A stretch of DNA of 64,000 nucleotides. It comes from an uncultured Akkermansia sp. Its GTDB lineage: Bacteria > Verrucomicrobiota > Kiritimatiellia > RFP12 > JAAYNR01. Where the stretch lies: the NCBI GenBank assembly GCA_964506575.1, contig CAZDLY010000006.1:9911-73910 (forward strand), given 5' to 3'. Positions 61,600 through 64,000 of the stretch are shown one piece after another. Under the pieces are notes generated by a model that worked only from the letters and a program-made list of their open reading frames with translations, did not search any database and was not told the origin of the DNA. Every line of letters starts with the position of its first letter. The first letter of the stretch is position 1. The translations under genes and the position numbers were made by a program.

Positions 61600-62829
61600 C
61601 TAATCCTCGGTGCCGGTGTACCGGTCCCCGTGAATCGAGCAGGCGGGACGCTGATTCGCGGGATTGATGGAATAGACGCCGCCCTGCGGACAGCGCGGAA
61701 AAGCTCCGTGAAGTTGATCTTCAATCGCTGCACGGGGAACGGCACTGGTGTCGCTCAACCTCTGTTCTGCAATCACCGTTTCTTTCGCATTCGCGATCAT
61801 GCGAAGCTGGTTCAGGCAGCTCAGGGATTCCGAAGGGGTTTCATCCTCCGACGTTTCGGTGAATTCGTCTGCCTCCTCGTCGGCCTCCATGGCGAGTTCA
61901 GCGGCCCTGGCATGAGCCTTTTCACGAGCCTTGTTCATGGCCGGCAGAGCGACGGCCGCCAGAATGGCGATGACACACACCGTGACCATGGCATTGGCCC
62001 CGCCGCCGCCAGACCCGCCAAACGTGAAGAAGGCGAAGAGATACGAAAAGAAATTGCGCGGCGCGTGCGGCGGGGTGCCGCCGTTCTGCAGGGCGATCAG
62101 ATGAGCCACGCGCTGCGACAGCGTCGGATAGCCGGAGATCAGCTCATACCACGAAACAAAGAATCCGCGGAGTTCCATGTACTGACGGGCGAACAATTCC
62201 GGCCTCATGGTCTCGCGGGCCTGTTTGCCTCCGGCCAGAATCATCATGGCCCGGACCGCGCCCGCCGGCTCGCGGGCGGCAAAGGCCCCGTGCCGGTCGG
62301 AGGTGCGTTCGCAGGCCCGGTGATAGGCATTGCCCAGGAGAGGAAGCAGCAGACCGGGAAAGAGCAGAATCCGCTTTTGCAGATGGCTGCGCCGGATATG
62401 GCCGATCTCATGCCCGATGAGAAATTCGATCTCCGGGCTGTCCGCGCCATAGGTCTCCAGTAATTCCGAATACACGACCACAAAATTGCGGCCGCAGTGC
62501 CGGGTGGCAAAGGCATTGAGCAAACCGCCGGACTGCGCCACGTAGAGATCCGGAACCGGCGTCACGCCGAGTTTGGCGCATACCCGTGAAAGCGTCTGCG
62601 CCAGGGCCGGAAACTGCGCGGCATCCACCTTGATCGCCTCGGCCTTGAGACTGGCGATCAGCAATCCATTGCCCAGCCAGACAAACAGACTGATGCCCAG
62701 CACATACAGAATCGGAATCAGTGTGACCACGCACAGGATCCAGACGAGAATCGAAAACACAAGGGCAAAGCCAAAATAGGTCTTTTCCCTCGGATCGGTC
62801 AATTGAGAGATCATCAAGGGTGGATTCAT
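61600..62829 (-). CDS. M48-family zinc metallopeptidase fused to a C-terminal pilin-like TM helix plus a small Cys-containing domain (409 aa)
   Basis: N-terminal TM helices and the HEIGH motif (FLIGHEIGHIRRSH). The C-terminus reads VIAILAAVALPAMNKAREKA...SCLNQLRMIANAKE...CPQGGVYSINPANQRPACS. AGGAGG lies 5 nt upstream of the ATG. Confidence 0.85.
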   Translation of the reverse strand: MNPPLMISQLTDPREKTYFGFALVFSILVWILCVVTLIPILYVLGISLFVWLGNGLLIASLKAEAIKVDAAQFPALAQTLSRVCAKLGVTPVPDLYVAQSGGLLNAFATRHCGRNFVVVYSELLETYGADSPEIEFLIGHEIGHIRRSHLQKRILLFPGLLLPLLGNAYHRACERTSDRHGAFAAREPAGAVRAMMILAGGKQARETMRPELFARQYMELRGFFVSWYELISGYPTLSQRVAHLIALQNGGTPPHAPRNFFSYLFAFFTFGGSGGGGANAMVTVCVIAILAAVALPAMNKAREKAHARAAELAMEADEEADEFTETSEDETPSESLSCLNQLRMIANAKETVIAEQRLSDTSAVPRAAIEDQLHGAFPRCPQGGVYSINPANQRPACSIHGDRYTGTED

Positions 62830-62853
62830 CGTGTCCTCCTGGTGTGATGACAA

Positions 62854-62883
62854 AAAATAGCGGCCTGACTCTTCAGGATGCAA
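62854..62883 (-). promoter_or_regulatory. Candidate promoter for the M48 gene (TTGCAT-N18-TATTTT)
   Basis: The minus strand reads gtTTGCATcctgaagagtcaggccgcTATTTTttgtc, about 25 nt upstream of the ATG. Confidence 0.45.
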
Positions 62884-63017
62884 ACCGAACGAATGGCGTT
62901 CTATCCCCCGTGCGGCCAGTGTATGACGGTTGCGGTTTGCAGACAAGCGTATTCTTGCCGCATCTGCAATTCAGACAGTGGGGAGGTGGGCGAAGAACGC
63001 GGGCGACCGGTAGCGGC

Positions 63018-63042
63018 GAGAAACCGCGCGTTTCATGCGCGG
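63018..63042 (-). terminator. Possible intrinsic terminator downstream of the transposase-like gene
   Basis: The minus strand reads CCGCGC atgaaac GCGCGG TTTCTC. The stem is short (6 bp) and the U-tract is modest. Confidence 0.35.
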
Positions 63043-63182
63043 CAAATGCGGACGGAAGAGGCGAAATGTCCGTTTTTCGCCGTCACGAGCCGGATTGTTC
63101 TCGATATCTGGACACACCTCCGGCCGATGTCCTGCTCACGAAAACGGTTATTGTTGAATCGGCGGTCCAGCGTGGCTCGCGT

Positions 63183-64000
63183 TCACCCGCCGGATGCCGC
63201 AATCGGCGTCAGACGCAGGTCGCGGGCGGCGCACAGTCCGCCCCAGACCGCAAAACGGAGCGGACGCGCCCCGTCTGTGCGCTTGGGTCCGAAGTTGTCG
63301 CGGTGCTTCCGGAAGACTTCGTCCACAAACGCCTGGCTGCCGATGGCCACGCCGTCGCTGAAATAGCGAACTCGGCATCGCAAGACCTCCTGCAACGGCA
63401 GTTCCCCGCGCTCCTTGACGATCTGTTCGACCTGCGCTACGGAAAGACCCGACCGCAACGCCGCGCCGTGTTCGGTCAGACCGCTTTCAGTACCGGCCGC
63501 ATAAACCATCAGCCTGTAACGCGCTGCAACGGCTCGCCAGCGCTCTTGATTCTCAACGCCGTAGATCGCCGCCAGCCCCTCGCGCGCCTTTTTCCTGCCC
63601 GCCACGGCCTCGCCGTAACCGCACCACCGGTAGTCCTTGGGATCGCCCACAATCCCCGCGCGCACGGCATTGAGATCGATGTATGCTGCCATCGTCGCCA
63701 GTGCGCCCACGCCCTGGCGCACCCGTTGCGCATGCGACGGCGGTTCGATCATCACGCTCTTGAACCGATCCTCCCACAGCGTCCCGGCCCGCCCCTCGCG
63801 CCGGTTGTACCACTGCGAAAACCGCTGCTTCACCGTTTTCACAAACTCTGACACGTCAAACATCCGCGCCCGCAGACGCTCCAGATCCGCCTGCACCAGA
63901 GACTCCAGCCCCTGCTTGCGCCACAGCGTCCACTGCGACTGCATCTCAAAAATCACCCGCCGCTCATAAATGGCCGGCAGCCGCGCCACAATCTCAGCTT
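63183..64000 (-). CDS. Y1/HUH IS200-like (RAYT-like) transposase-like protein, 5'-truncated by the window edge
   Basis: VKQRFSQWYNRREGRAGTLWEDRFKSVMIE (catalytic-Tyr helix pattern) and a long C-terminal extension. The reading frame stays open to position 64000. Confidence 0.75.
   Translation of the reverse strand, partial: AEIVARLPAIYERRVIFEMQSQWTLWRKQGLESLVQADLERLRARMFDVSEFVKTVKQRFSQWYNRREGRAGTLWEDRFKSVMIEPPSHAQRVRQGVGALATMAAYIDLNAVRAGIVGDPKDYRWCGYGEAVAGRKKAREGLAAIYGVENQERWRAVAARYRLMVYAAGTESGLTEHGAALRSGLSVAQVEQIVKERGELPLQEVLRCRVRYFSDGVAIGSQAFVDEVFRKHRDNFGPKRTDGARPLRFAVWGGLCAARDLRLTPIAASGG

Overview
High-GC (about 65-70% by eye) bacterial chromosomal segment. The gene content suggests a PVC-superphylum organism (Kiritimatiellia/Verrucomicrobiota-like). 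This is an inference from an internal pilin-like AILAAVALPAMNKAREKA helix, a giant LamG/TSP3-repeat exoprotein, FGE-like proteins and Fkp. I call about 42 protein-coding genes, mostly tightly packed and often joined by ATGA/TGATG overlaps. Housekeeping genes: purN, rsmE, grpE-dnaJ, an rpiB-glyA fusion, rfbC, an nfnAB-like pair, pfk, era, pcm. Accessory content: (1) an 11.6-kb gene for a 3,875-aa secreted mosaic protein with an M6-like HExxH..PDLYD motif, 2 LamG domains, a C-type lectin domain and TSP3-type Ca repeats, preceded on the same strand by a secreted coiled-coil protein and an FGE/SUMF1-like protein. (2) A translationally coupled SWIM-zinc-finger + SNF2 helicase pair. (3) Two adjacent bifunctional sugar kinase/nucleotidyltransferase genes (Fkp plus a galactokinase-like::GalU-like fusion) behind a GH3 glycosidase, followed by coupled patatin and ferredoxin-nitroreductase genes. 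(4) A low-GC islet with a truncated Y1-transposase-like fragment, a long triplet-repeat hairpin and a RelE/ParE-HTH toxin-antitoxin pair. (5) An uncharacterised EF-hand membrane protein with two small lipoproteins, one with LEA-like 11-mer repeats. (6) A sulfur-trafficking operon: MBL::3x rhodanese, a split YeeE/YedE, and YeeE::3x rhodanese. (7) An M48 protease fused to a pilin-like module. (8) A partial Y1 (IS200-like/RAYT-like) transposase-like gene at the right edge. Non-coding oddities include CTTTCAG heptad arrays, 14-bp CA-rich repeats, triplet-repeat hairpins, a 20-bp perfect palindrome, and a possible divergent cobalamin-riboswitch-like leader. I found no rRNA, tRNA or CRISPR array by eye. 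Most other long ORFs in the track are alternate-frame shadows typical of high-GC DNA. Coordinates of small motifs were counted by hand and may be off by 1-2 nt. All family assignments rest on motif recognition, not on database searches.
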